Shown: positions 7,964-15,672 of the stretch, piece by piece
Position numbering within the stretch: position 1 is the first letter of the stretch
Layout of the letters: the number at the start of each line of letters is the position of its first letter
Assembly (NCBI GenBank): GCA_963792965.1
Contig: CAWBYW010000032.1
Coordinates: 1 to 16,112, forward strand
DNA from: an uncultured delta proteobacterium
GTDB lineage: Bacteria > Desulfobacterota > Zymogenia > Zymogenales > Zymogenaceae
DNA length: 16,112 bases
Direction: 5' to 3'
Made by a program: the position numbers and the translations under genes
The notes under the pieces: model-generated
Database searches by the model: none
What the model was told of the DNA's origin: nothing
The model's input: the letters and a program-made list of their open reading frames with translations, nothing else

Positions 7964-8770
7964 ATGAAACCGATTGTCGAAATACCTGATGCCGTGGCGC
8001 GCGGCCTTCGTGGGTTTTTCTTTGACATCGACGACACCTTCACGCTCCACGGCAGGATCCCTGCTGCGTCCTTTTCATCCCTCTGGGACGTGCGATCGGC
8101 GGGCCTTGTTTCCGTTCCCGTAACGGGCAGGCCCGCCGGCTGGTGTGACCATATCGCCCGGATGTGGCCGGTCACCGGCGTCGTCGGGGAAAACGGTGCC
8201 CTCTATTTTTTTTACGACGAAGCCGCCGGAAAGCTCAAGAGGCGTTTCCTGGTCGAGCCTCAGCAGATCGGCACGGATCGGGAGCGCCTTTTTGCCGCGG
8301 CCGATGAGGCGCTGCGCACCGTTCCCGGCACGGCGCTCGCCTCCGACCAGCCCTATCGCCTTTTTGACGTGGCTATCGATTTCACCGAGGACGTGGCCCC
8401 GCTGCCGCGCACCGAGGTCGACAGGATCTGTGAGATTTTTCAAAAGCACGGGCTCACCTACAAGGTCAGCTCGATTCACGTCAACGGCTGGATTGGAACC
8501 TACGACAAGCTGACCATGACGAAGCTTTTCGCGCGCGAGGTGCTTGGATTTGACCTTGACGCGAACCGCGATCGTTTCATCTTCTTCGGCGACTCGCCGA
8601 ATGACGAGCCGATGTTTGCCTACTTTCCCTTTGCGGTGGGGGTGGCCAACGTGAGGGCCTTTCAAAGCGCCATGCGGTCACTGCCCGCCTACGTCACCGA
8701 GCGTGAGGGGGGGCTTGGGTTTGCCGAGGCGGTGGGGCTGATCCTCGAAAAGAGAAAAATCGGCGCTTAG
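7964..8770 (+). CDS. HAD-superfamily subfamily IIB hydrolase (probable phosphatase, 268 aa)
   Basis: Motif I FFDIDDTFT, motif II VTGR, GENGA, motif III K in YDKL, motif IV GDSPNDEPMF, VGVAN. Start placed at ATG 7964, after the hairpin. Confidence 0.88.
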   Translation: MKPIVEIPDAVARGLRGFFFDIDDTFTLHGRIPAASFSSLWDVRSAGLVSVPVTGRPAGWCDHIARMWPVTGVVGENGALYFFYDEAAGKLKRRFLVEPQQIGTDRERLFAAADEALRTVPGTALASDQPYRLFDVAIDFTEDVAPLPRTEVDRICEIFQKHGLTYKVSSIHVNGWIGTYDKLTMTKLFAREVLGFDLDANRDRFIFFGDSPNDEPMFAYFPFAVGVANVRAFQSAMRSLPAYVTEREGGLGFAEAVGLILEKRKIGA

Positions 8771-8817
8771 ATCGAGTTTGAGACGCCGCCACGCAAGTTA
8801 CAAAAGGAGGGATATCC

Positions 8818-10503
8818 ATGTGGATAGAAAAGTTTTCACCGTCGTCATACCGTTCGATACTCAAGTGGGGTGACCCACACACCTTCCACCACCCCGACGA
8901 TCGATTGGTCGTCCTCATGAAGGATATCTTCGGCATCACCGATAAGGACCTTGAACAGCCCCGCCTGACGGGGACGGAGGAGGTGCGGCTCGGAAAAAAA
9001 CCGAAGCTGTCCGATGCCGACCTGAAAAAGATCGCCGAGATCGTGGGCAAGCAGAATACGGACACCGCCCAATACGAGCGGACCCGCCACGCCTTCGGAT
9101 ATACCTACCTTGACGTCATGCACTTGCGCAGGGGGGAGGTCCCCCATCCGCCCGATGTCGTCGTTTACCCGAGAAACGAGGCCGACGTCGTCAAGCTTAT
9201 GGATTTCTGCGCAAAGAGAAAGATCCCCATTACCCCCTTTGCCGGGAGATCCTCCGTTACCTTCGGGGTAGAGCCGGTCAGGGGCGGCATCAGCCTCGAT
9301 ACTACCCGTCACATGAATAAGGTCCTCGAGATCGACGACATCAGCTTCACGGTTCGGGTCCAGCCCGGCATCTTCGGCCCCGCTTTCGAGAAGATACTCA
9401 ACGACTACCGGAGCGATCGCGTCAAGACCGGTTTCACCTGCGGACATTTCCCCCAGTCCTTCGAGTACTCGTGCGTGGGCGGCTGGGTGATGACCCGCGG
9501 GGCGGGCGGCCAGTCCACCGGCTATGGAAAGATCGAGCATATGGTCATCTGCATGCGCGTGGTGACGCCGAAGGGCGTCATCGTGACGAAGAAATTTCCC
9601 GCCGACGCCCTCGGGCCTGATATCGACCAGATCCTCACGGGAAGCGAGGGCGCCTTCGGGGTCATGACCGAATGCACCCTCAAGATCTGGCCGTATCGCC
9701 CCAAGAACAGGAAGATGTTCTCCTGGTTCTTCAAGGACTGGGACGAGGGGCTTTCGGCCATGCGCGAGATCATGCAGGGCGAGTTCGGCTTCCCCTCGAT
9801 GCTGAGGCTTTCCGATGCGGAGGAGACCGACATCGCCATGAAGCTGCAGGGGATGGACGGGACCGTCATCGACAAGTTCCTGTCTCTGCTCGGCTATAAG
9901 CCCGGAAAGCGGGTGCTGCTTTTGGGCTCGACCGAGGGCGATAGAGACCTCGGCAGGCTGATCGTGAAAAAGGTGCATAAGATCGCCCGCGCCCGCAAAG
10001 GCTTCCCCCTCGGCGCGATCGCCGTCAAGGGGTACTGGAAGCGGAGATACAACGACCCCTACATGCGCGAGGATCTGATGGACATCGGGATCATCTCCGA
10101 TACGCTCGAGACCGCCTGCTCGTGGGATAACCTCAGGCACGTCTGGGAAGAGGTGCGTCGGGTCATTAAGAAGCGCCCGAGGACCGCCCTGATGGTCCAC
10201 GCCTCGCACGCCTACCCAAACGGGGCCAACCTCTACTTCATCTTCCTGTCGCCGACAAAAAGGGGAAAGGAGATCGAGGACTACACGCAGTTTCAGCACG
10301 CGATCATCGACGCGATCGTCAAAGCAGGCGGGAGTCTGTCGCACCATCACGGGATCGGGAAGCTCTTTGCGCCGTGGTACGAGGCGCACATCGGGCCTGT
10401 CGCCTTCGGGATGTTGAAAGCGATCAAGGGATACGTGGATCCCGGCAATATCCTGAACCCCGGGGGGACTCTCGGGCTGGACTGGAAGAAAGGGAAGAAA
10501 TAG
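8818..10503 (+). CDS. FAD-binding oxidoreductase (VAO/FAD_binding_4), alkyl-dihydroxyacetonephosphate synthase (AGPS)-like
   Basis: AAGGAGG RBS. PDVVVYP, GHFPQSFEYSCVGGWVMTRGAG, YGKIE, GPDIDQILTGSEGAFGVMTE, ETACSW, GANLYF, GGSLSHHHGIGK, ILNPG: the motif series of the AGPS clade. Confidence 0.88.
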   Translation: MWIEKFSPSSYRSILKWGDPHTFHHPDDRLVVLMKDIFGITDKDLEQPRLTGTEEVRLGKKPKLSDADLKKIAEIVGKQNTDTAQYERTRHAFGYTYLDVMHLRRGEVPHPPDVVVYPRNEADVVKLMDFCAKRKIPITPFAGRSSVTFGVEPVRGGISLDTTRHMNKVLEIDDISFTVRVQPGIFGPAFEKILNDYRSDRVKTGFTCGHFPQSFEYSCVGGWVMTRGAGGQSTGYGKIEHMVICMRVVTPKGVIVTKKFPADALGPDIDQILTGSEGAFGVMTECTLKIWPYRPKNRKMFSWFFKDWDEGLSAMREIMQGEFGFPSMLRLSDAEETDIAMKLQGMDGTVIDKFLSLLGYKPGKRVLLLGSTEGDRDLGRLIVKKVHKIARARKGFPLGAIAVKGYWKRRYNDPYMREDLMDIGIISDTLETACSWDNLRHVWEEVRRVIKKRPRTALMVHASHAYPNGANLYFIFLSPTKRGKEIEDYTQFQHAIIDAIVKAGGSLSHHHGIGKLFAPWYEAHIGPVAFGMLKAIKGYVDPGNILNPGGTLGLDWKKGKK

Positions 10504-10525
10504 AAAGTCGAATCGCCGTGTCTAC

Positions 10526-10564
10526 AAAAAGGGGGCACTTCAAAAGGTGACCCCCGATCTTTTT
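10526..10564. terminator. Probable bidirectional terminator between convergent genes
   Basis: A5-GGGGG-CACTT-caaa-AGGTG-a-CCCCC-gatc-T5. Confidence 0.6.
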
Positions 10565-10601
10565 GCCGACTATTGCCTCATCTTACCTATACGCCCTCTG
10601 T

Positions 10602-11402
10602 CTACTTTTCTCCCTTAAACAGGGCGTATCCCAGTTTCCCGGCCAGAACCCATCGATAAAATACTCGTTCGTTCTTGAATACCGTAAGAACGCCCCTTAT
10701 TCCGTACCTCTTATAAATTCTCGCCGTCGTCGCGAGTGTCTCGCGAACGCTCATAACAAAGATCCAATGCTTCACGTCCCGGTCCTTACGGATTTTCCAG
10801 AACATCTCGGGTTTCGACCATGGATCAGATTCGTGCACGACGTTCTTCGCGCCCGCCCTCTTCAGCATGGAAATCCACTCCTCGAGCTCGAAGGGCGTGG
10901 TGCCGTAACGCTCGGAGAAATCTTCCTTCTCCCGGTTCGGCAGTTTCCCACGCCAGATAGACTCGTGCATCAGTACCGTCCCTCCCTTCCGGGTAACGCG
11001 TACCATTTCGTCAAGCACCTTCTGCGAGTCATCGGGTATGCCGACGGCACATTCGTTGATCACCACATCGAAGGAACTATCGGCAAAGGGGAGAGCTTGC
11101 GAATCGCCCTTTTTGAATCTAACTTGTTTATCCAACCCCTCCCTTCTTGCCGCCTGAGAAGCAGTCCTAACCATCTCATCATCAATGTCGATCCCGGTTA
11201 CATCAACATCAAATTCTCTTGCATAAAATATCGATTGAGTTCCGCGACCGCTGGATACATCGAGGACCTTCATGCCCTTCTTCAGGCCCCCGAGCTCCGC
11301 CGTTCTTTTTGTGAGTGCAAAGCCGCCCGGATGCAGTGTCTCAATTCCGCTGATTTCTATGGCGTCTTCAATCGTCGGTCTGTAAATACCTTTCCTCTGC
11401 AA
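10602..11402 (-). CDS. Class I SAM-dependent methyltransferase (about 266 aa)
   Basis: LHPGG..LT, motif I VLDVSSGRG, VTGIDI, GDSQALPFADSSFDVV, EMVRVTRKGG. Start placed at TTG 11402 after AGGAG (track start 11438). Confidence 0.88.
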   Translation of the reverse strand: MQRKGIYRPTIEDAIEISGIETLHPGGFALTKRTAELGGLKKGMKVLDVSSGRGTQSIFYAREFDVDVTGIDIDDEMVRTASQAARREGLDKQVRFKKGDSQALPFADSSFDVVINECAVGIPDDSQKVLDEMVRVTRKGGTVLMHESIWRGKLPNREKEDFSERYGTTPFELEEWISMLKRAGAKNVVHESDPWSKPEMFWKIRKDRDVKHWIFVMSVRETLATTARIYKRYGIRGVLTVFKNERVFYRWVLAGKLGYALFKGEK

Positions 11403-11626
11403 ATTAGTATCACTCCTGTAATCATAATTGAAACGCAAGGTCGCGTTTATACCCTCGGCAGATCGAGCGAGTCATTCTTAGGCGAGATTTCTCGTGACCG
11501 TTATTGCCCAGGTCTGACTCTCGTATCGCTACTACCGTTTCATAATTATCTTGGTTGAGACAAGGTGTCTATTTCCTTTGAAAGAGGCATTATCATATAC
11601 GCTCCGACCGACAGGCGATAAATTTA

Positions 11627-11697
11627 GCATCCGGTTTGGGGGGGGGGCCCAAGAAAAATTACTTTTCCTGGGCGCCTCCCGCGTACGGACCGGATGC
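11627..11697. repeat. 71-nt imperfect inverted repeat containing a G10 run
   Basis: GCATCCGGT/ACCGGATGC outer arms; GCCCA.GAAAA/TTTTC.TGGGC inner arms; G10 at 11638-11647. Confidence 0.6.
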
Positions 11698-11732
11698 GTC
11701 CATGCCAATCGTCTCAGAGTCCGGCGTGCCTA

Positions 11733-12185
11733 TTACTTTTCTACGCCACCTTGACTGTCACGCCCGAGATTGGGCGGCGCCGGGTAAGTGATCTCGTTGA
11801 ACTCCGCATTATACAGGAAGCCCGGTCCCCACGCATAACCGACGATCTCGCCGGTCTTCTCGACCGCGAGAGCCGTGAGGTCTTCGTCCGTCGACTTCAT
11901 GATAATGCTCTTCACGTAGGCGTTAACGTCCATTCCGGCGTCCTTAGCCGCCCCCGCGACAGGCGCATAATCGGTGGCCAAAACAAAGTCGGGGACTTTC
12001 GGATTCAGCCCCGATTTCACGAAGATGACCTCACCGCGCTCCGGGAATTGATCGCTGGTCGTCTTGATATACGCGACGTACCCGGCGGGGACGTCGTTCG
12101 GTCCGATCACCGCGCCCCAGGAGAGGGCCGCAGCCGCGCTGACTGTTGCCAGCAGCGCCAAAAAGAGAAACATTTTCTTGTACAT
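11733..12185 (-). CDS. Secreted hypothetical protein (150 aa)
   Basis: GGGAGG RBS, Sec-type signal peptide MYKKMFLFLALLATVSAAAA, tandem stops TAA TAG, and its own consensus promoter. Confidence 0.8.
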   Translation of the reverse strand: MYKKMFLFLALLATVSAAAALSWGAVIGPNDVPAGYVAYIKTTSDQFPERGEVIFVKSGLNPKVPDFVLATDYAPVAGAAKDAGMDVNAYVKSIIMKSTDEDLTALAVEKTGEIVGYAWGPGFLYNAEFNEITYPAPPNLGRDSQGGVEK

Positions 12186-12197
12186 GGCACACCTCCC

Positions 12198-12219
12198 AAT
12201 CAGTCCTGTTTGACTGATT
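12198..12219. promoter_or_regulatory. Candidate operator or 5'-UTR hairpin AATCAGTC-N6-GACTGATT
   Basis: Perfect 8-bp inverted repeat between the predicted TSS and the RBS. Confidence 0.5.
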
Positions 12220-12239
12220 TCCTCTTCCTTCTATATAAT

Positions 12240-12268
12240 AGTGTAACTCCAATGTTTGTGCCTGTCAA
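12240..12268 (-). promoter_or_regulatory. sigma70 promoter TTGACA-17-TACACT
   Basis: -35 at 12268-12263, 17-nt spacer, -10 at 12245-12240. Confidence 0.7.
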
Positions 12269-12608
12269 GATGGGTGTCCGTTTCACCTGATGATCGGTAA
12301 ATAGAGAATGAACACGCCGGCACCCGGAGAGGTCACTTTAACGTTCTCTTTTCCCAGACTGAACGCCGCTGCCCACCACCCCGGCAGGCGGTCCTTTCTC
12401 CTACTCGGTTTCTTCGGGATTAGATCGAAGGGAAGTCGGAAAGGAAAATATGACGGGAGAAAACCAAGGTTGGATCTCTATCCTCAGTTTCCTGGAGAAG
12501 TAGCCAAGAAGATAAAGAGCCGCGGTCGAAAAGCGCATTTCTTGGTGCGTTGGTGCCTTAGTTGTGAGCCCTTTCTACGTCGTCGGGGCGCCGATAATCA
12601 GGCTGCGT

Positions 12609-13571
12609 TCATAATTCGTCCAGGAGAGAAAGCTGCTCATTGTCGGCCCCCTTTTGACGGGACGTGTCCGCCAACCCACTCGTGCAGAGCTCCCCCTTCA
12701 TGTCCGGGTTCTTGCACGAGCAGATCGAGAGTCTCACCCCGTATCTGTCGGCCGCCTCCCGGGCGCGCTCGTATCCCCGCCGCCGGACCTCGATGGGGAC
12801 GAGCTTCGTCATGGTTGAGGCGCCCACCGTCCGCCACGTAGCGGCGCGGAACATCCCCCCGATCAGATCCGCGTGGAGGGGGTCCACCTCCCGTACGACC
12901 TGCCGGGCTATCGCCGGCCTCAGGTGCAGGTAGCTGATCATTGCGTGACCCACGCCCCGAGCCGCGATCTCACGGAAGAGGGCGCTAAATGAATCTCTTG
13001 AATCGGTGACAAAGGGGATCACCGGGTCGATCCTGACCTCGGGGATGATCCGGGCCGCAATCAGCCTCTCGATGTTCGTGAGCCTTTCGGCCGGCGTCGC
13101 GGCGAAGGGCTCAAATCTCATCTGGTAGCTCGGGTCGAGAGAGACCAGCCCGATCCTGACCAACACGAGGTCGGGGCAATGGGCCGCGATCTCGAGAAAC
13201 CGCCGCGGGATAACCCCCTTGGTGAGCAGCGAGACCCTGATCCCCCGGTCAAACAGCAGCTCCATGAGCTTTACGGAGGTCATCGTGATGTCGGGGTGGG
13301 GCTGAAAGGAGTCCGAGGCGGTGTTGAAAAGGACGATGGCGGGCTTCTTCCGTTTCCTGTCCAGCTCTTTCTTCAGTTTTTGGGCGAGATTGGAAAAGAG
13401 GACGACTTTGCCGGCGCCGGGGGCACCGGGATATCCCCTGGCGTAGCAGTAGATACATCCGAGCAGGCACCCGACCGTAACGTTCACCGAGGGGATGCCC
13501 GTAAGGCAGCCGAAGGTGCCGTTCTTGAGGACGGGGGTCTTTCTTTCCCTGGTCGAGACGAAAACATCCAC
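12609..13571 (-). CDS. Radical SAM protein, spore-photoproduct-lyase (SplB)-like family
   Basis: CxxxCxxC in VGCLLGCIYCYA; FNTASDSFQP, LLTKG, FEPFAATPAERL and RIDPVIPFVTD are typical of SPL-related radical SAM proteins. GTG start uncertain. Confidence 0.85.
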   Translation of the reverse strand: MDVFVSTRERKTPVLKNGTFGCLTGIPSVNVTVGCLLGCIYCYARGYPGAPGAGKVVLFSNLAQKLKKELDRKRKKPAIVLFNTASDSFQPHPDITMTSVKLMELLFDRGIRVSLLTKGVIPRRFLEIAAHCPDLVLVRIGLVSLDPSYQMRFEPFAATPAERLTNIERLIAARIIPEVRIDPVIPFVTDSRDSFSALFREIAARGVGHAMISYLHLRPAIARQVVREVDPLHADLIGGMFRAATWRTVGASTMTKLVPIEVRRRGYERAREAADRYGVRLSICSCKNPDMKGELCTSGLADTSRQKGADNEQLSLLDEL

Positions 13572-13788
13572 TCTTGTATCGCTCGTGTCTATCGGCGGCC
13601 CGGGGTGGCGTCCGCGCGGGCGTGCAGTAATAAAATTGACTGAAAAGTGTGTGATGCTCCCGAGGGGAGGTCTTATGGAGAGTAGGGCCGGTATACTGAG
13701 GGGAACGGTACCTATTCAGGGACGGAGAGCAGTAAAGAGAGCTCCCTCACAGAGTAAATACACGGGAATCACGGACGACGTCCCTCCG

Positions 13789-14040
13789 CTACCGCCTCGG
13801 CGTTTGCTTGTCTTTTTCCCGGTTGTAGTAAAGGAGGTTTTTGAAATCTTCCTGACACGTGGAGAGATCGTCCTGCAGCTTCTTCACCTGCTTTTCGAGA
13901 TCAGTCACTTTGGTCTGGAGCTCTTGGTTCTCCTTGGTCTTTTGCTCAAGCTGCTCCTTCGTGCTCGGGCCGCACGCCGGTAGGAGAAACAAACCAACGA
14001 CAAAGGCGAGGGTTACTCCGACCGCAACCGTCCTCTTCAT
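13789..14040 (-). CDS. Small coiled-coil lipoprotein (83 aa)
   Basis: GGAGG RBS before ATG 14040; lipobox LPA-C; heptad pattern LEQKTKENQELQTKVTDLEKQVKKLQDDL. Confidence 0.8.
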   Translation of the reverse strand: MKRTVAVGVTLAFVVGLFLLPACGPSTKEQLEQKTKENQELQTKVTDLEKQVKKLQDDLSTCQEDFKNLLYYNREKDKQTPRR

Positions 14041-14072
14041 AAAAGAACCTCCTGGATGCAATACATTTTTTA

Positions 14073-14101
14073 AAGCTATACCTTTTTTGATAATAAGTCA
14101 A
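14073..14101 (-). promoter_or_regulatory. Candidate sigma70 promoter TTGACT-17-TAGCTT
   Basis: -35 at 14101-14096, 17-nt spacer, -10 at 14078-14073; points at the lipoprotein gene. Confidence 0.5.
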
Positions 14102-14108
14102 CTTTTTA

Positions 14109-14137
14109 TTGACATCGGGCGACCTCAAGGCTATTAT
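14109..14137 (+). promoter_or_regulatory. sigma70 promoter TTGACA-17-TATTAT
   Basis: -35 at 14109-14114, -10 at 14132-14137, ATG 7 nt later. Confidence 0.75.
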
Positions 14138-14144
14138 TCCATAC

Positions 14145-14699
14145 ATGGGTAGTTATCTCCGTATCACCGCCTTTTTTTTATGCCTCGTTGCCGGGTTGTG
14201 TCTCTTTTCGTTCGCGGACAATACTGTTTACCGCTATGAAGGCTCGTCCGAGTGCTCATTGTGCCACTCTTCAATCGATTCGGGCGATCAGTACGGAATC
14301 TGGCTTTCCTCCGGCCACAGGCAGGCATACGACTCCCTCTCCTCCGAAAAGGGCCGCTTGATCGCAAAAGAAAAGAAGATAAAAAGCCCTGCGCAGGATC
14401 CGAAATGCCTCTCGTGCCACCTGACCGGGTATAACGCTCCCTTTACCATGCTCGGACCTCTCTACCGGAGAGAGGACGGGGTGAGCTGCGAGGGGTGCCA
14501 CGGCGCAGGAGAAGGATACTCCGACTTTTCTGTCATGTACGACCGCGAAAAATCGATCAAGAAGGGGATGATCGCGGGCCCAAAGGCGACCTGCATCGCC
14601 TGCCACGACTCAAAAGCCCACGAGATGCCCGCGTTTGACTATGACCGGGACTGGAAGAAGATCCAGCACCCGATCCCCGACCGACATACCTTGAAGTGA
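14145..14699 (+). CDS. Periplasmic tetraheme c-type cytochrome, c554-like (184 aa)
   Basis: Signal peptide; four CxxCH motifs (CSLCH, CLSCH, CEGCH, CIACH); YEGSSEC, W..SGH.QAY, GVSCEGCHGAG and C-terminal IQH typical of the cytochrome c554 family. Confidence 0.9.
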   Translation: MGSYLRITAFFLCLVAGLCLFSFADNTVYRYEGSSECSLCHSSIDSGDQYGIWLSSGHRQAYDSLSSEKGRLIAKEKKIKSPAQDPKCLSCHLTGYNAPFTMLGPLYRREDGVSCEGCHGAGEGYSDFSVMYDREKSIKKGMIAGPKATCIACHDSKAHEMPAFDYDRDWKKIQHPIPDRHTLK

Positions 14700-14742
14700 C
14701 GGCCCGATACTCTCTGCCATACACCATGAGAAACAGACGACA

Positions 14743-15672
14743 ATGTTCAAGAAGCCGGATATAAAGAAACTGCTCAGAAGGAAGGAGATCTCCATCCCCC
14801 TCGGCTTTATCGTCGCGGGGTTGATAGCGGCCGCCGCCTGGCTGATATACACATACGGTACCGTATATACCGATAACGCCAAGATCGACGCCGATATCAT
14901 TTACGTCTCGAGCGACACCCCGGGTGTCGTCGCAAGCGTCCCGAAGTCGGAGTTCGCCGAGGTACACGTCGGTGAGACTCTGGCCGAGATCAACCCCCTC
15001 CTGGGTCCGACGGAGCAGCTCAAGGGGAACCAGAACCTCTCCGCCTTCTCGACGCTGGCCGGCATGAAAAGGGAAATAGAAAACCTCAGTGACCAGCTTA
15101 TCCTCTCCCAGAAGAACTACCTTCGCGAAAAGGCGCTCTTTGACGCGGGCGGCATCTCGAGAATGGAGCTCGACACCGTGGAGACCTCCCTATCGGTCCT
15201 CCGCGAACAGGTGGAATCGGCCAAGAACCTCTACGACATGGCGAAGAACGTTCTGAACATCACGGAGGCCGACACCCCCTACATCCCCCTGAAATCCCCT
15301 ATCAACGGGCGCTACGCCAAGAAGCTCGCGGACCTCGGGGAGATCGTCACGGCCGGCCAGCCGGTGTGCGCCGTGGTGGATCTGAAAGAGATCTGGGTCC
15401 TGGCCAGGCTCAATGAGGACGAGCTTTACAACGTGAAGATCGGACAGCCGGTTAAGATCACGGTCGATAACTACCCCGGAGAGGTCTTCAAAGGCAAGGT
15501 CTTTGAGATCGGGGTCGCCGCGACGGCGCTGTTCTCCGTTATTCCCCAGGACAACCCCTCGGGCAATTTCATCAAGGTCACCCAGACCGTGCCGATCAAA
15601 ATATCCATCGACTCCCGCGGATTCATCCTTCGGCCGGGGACGAACGTGGAAGTCAGAATCTACACGAAGTGA
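14743..15672 (+). CDS. emrA: EmrA/HlyD-family efflux membrane-fusion protein
   Basis: N-terminal TM, TDNAKID, SPINGR, and the EmrA signature FSVIPQDNPSGNFIKVTQTVPIKI; stop overlaps the next start (GTGA). Confidence 0.88.
   Translation: MFKKPDIKKLLRRKEISIPLGFIVAGLIAAAAWLIYTYGTVYTDNAKIDADIIYVSSDTPGVVASVPKSEFAEVHVGETLAEINPLLGPTEQLKGNQNLSAFSTLAGMKREIENLSDQLILSQKNYLREKALFDAGGISRMELDTVETSLSVLREQVESAKNLYDMAKNVLNITEADTPYIPLKSPINGRYAKKLADLGEIVTAGQPVCAVVDLKEIWVLARLNEDELYNVKIGQPVKITVDNYPGEVFKGKVFEIGVAATALFSVIPQDNPSGNFIKVTQTVPIKISIDSRGFILRPGTNVEVRIYTK

Noticed and set aside
8845-10389. 514-aa antisense ORF over the AGPS-like gene
   Set aside because: In exact codon register with the sense gene. Antisense stops need TTA/CTA/TCA codons, which are rare in GC-rich genes. 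No recognisable motifs.
10563-11558. 331-aa + strand ORF opposite the methyltransferase
   Set aside because: Same in-register shadow effect; no RBS or motifs, and the - strand protein has clear family motifs.
12450-13571. RiPP system made of the radical SAM plus a small peptide
   Set aside because: The enzyme is SPL-like with no SPASM or RRE domain, and the small ORF is convergent and unsupported.
13664-13983. + strand ORF from ATG 13675 with a GGGGAGG SD
   Set aside because: About two-thirds overlaps the well-supported lipoprotein gene in antisense, the product has no recognisable features, and there is no properly spaced -10.
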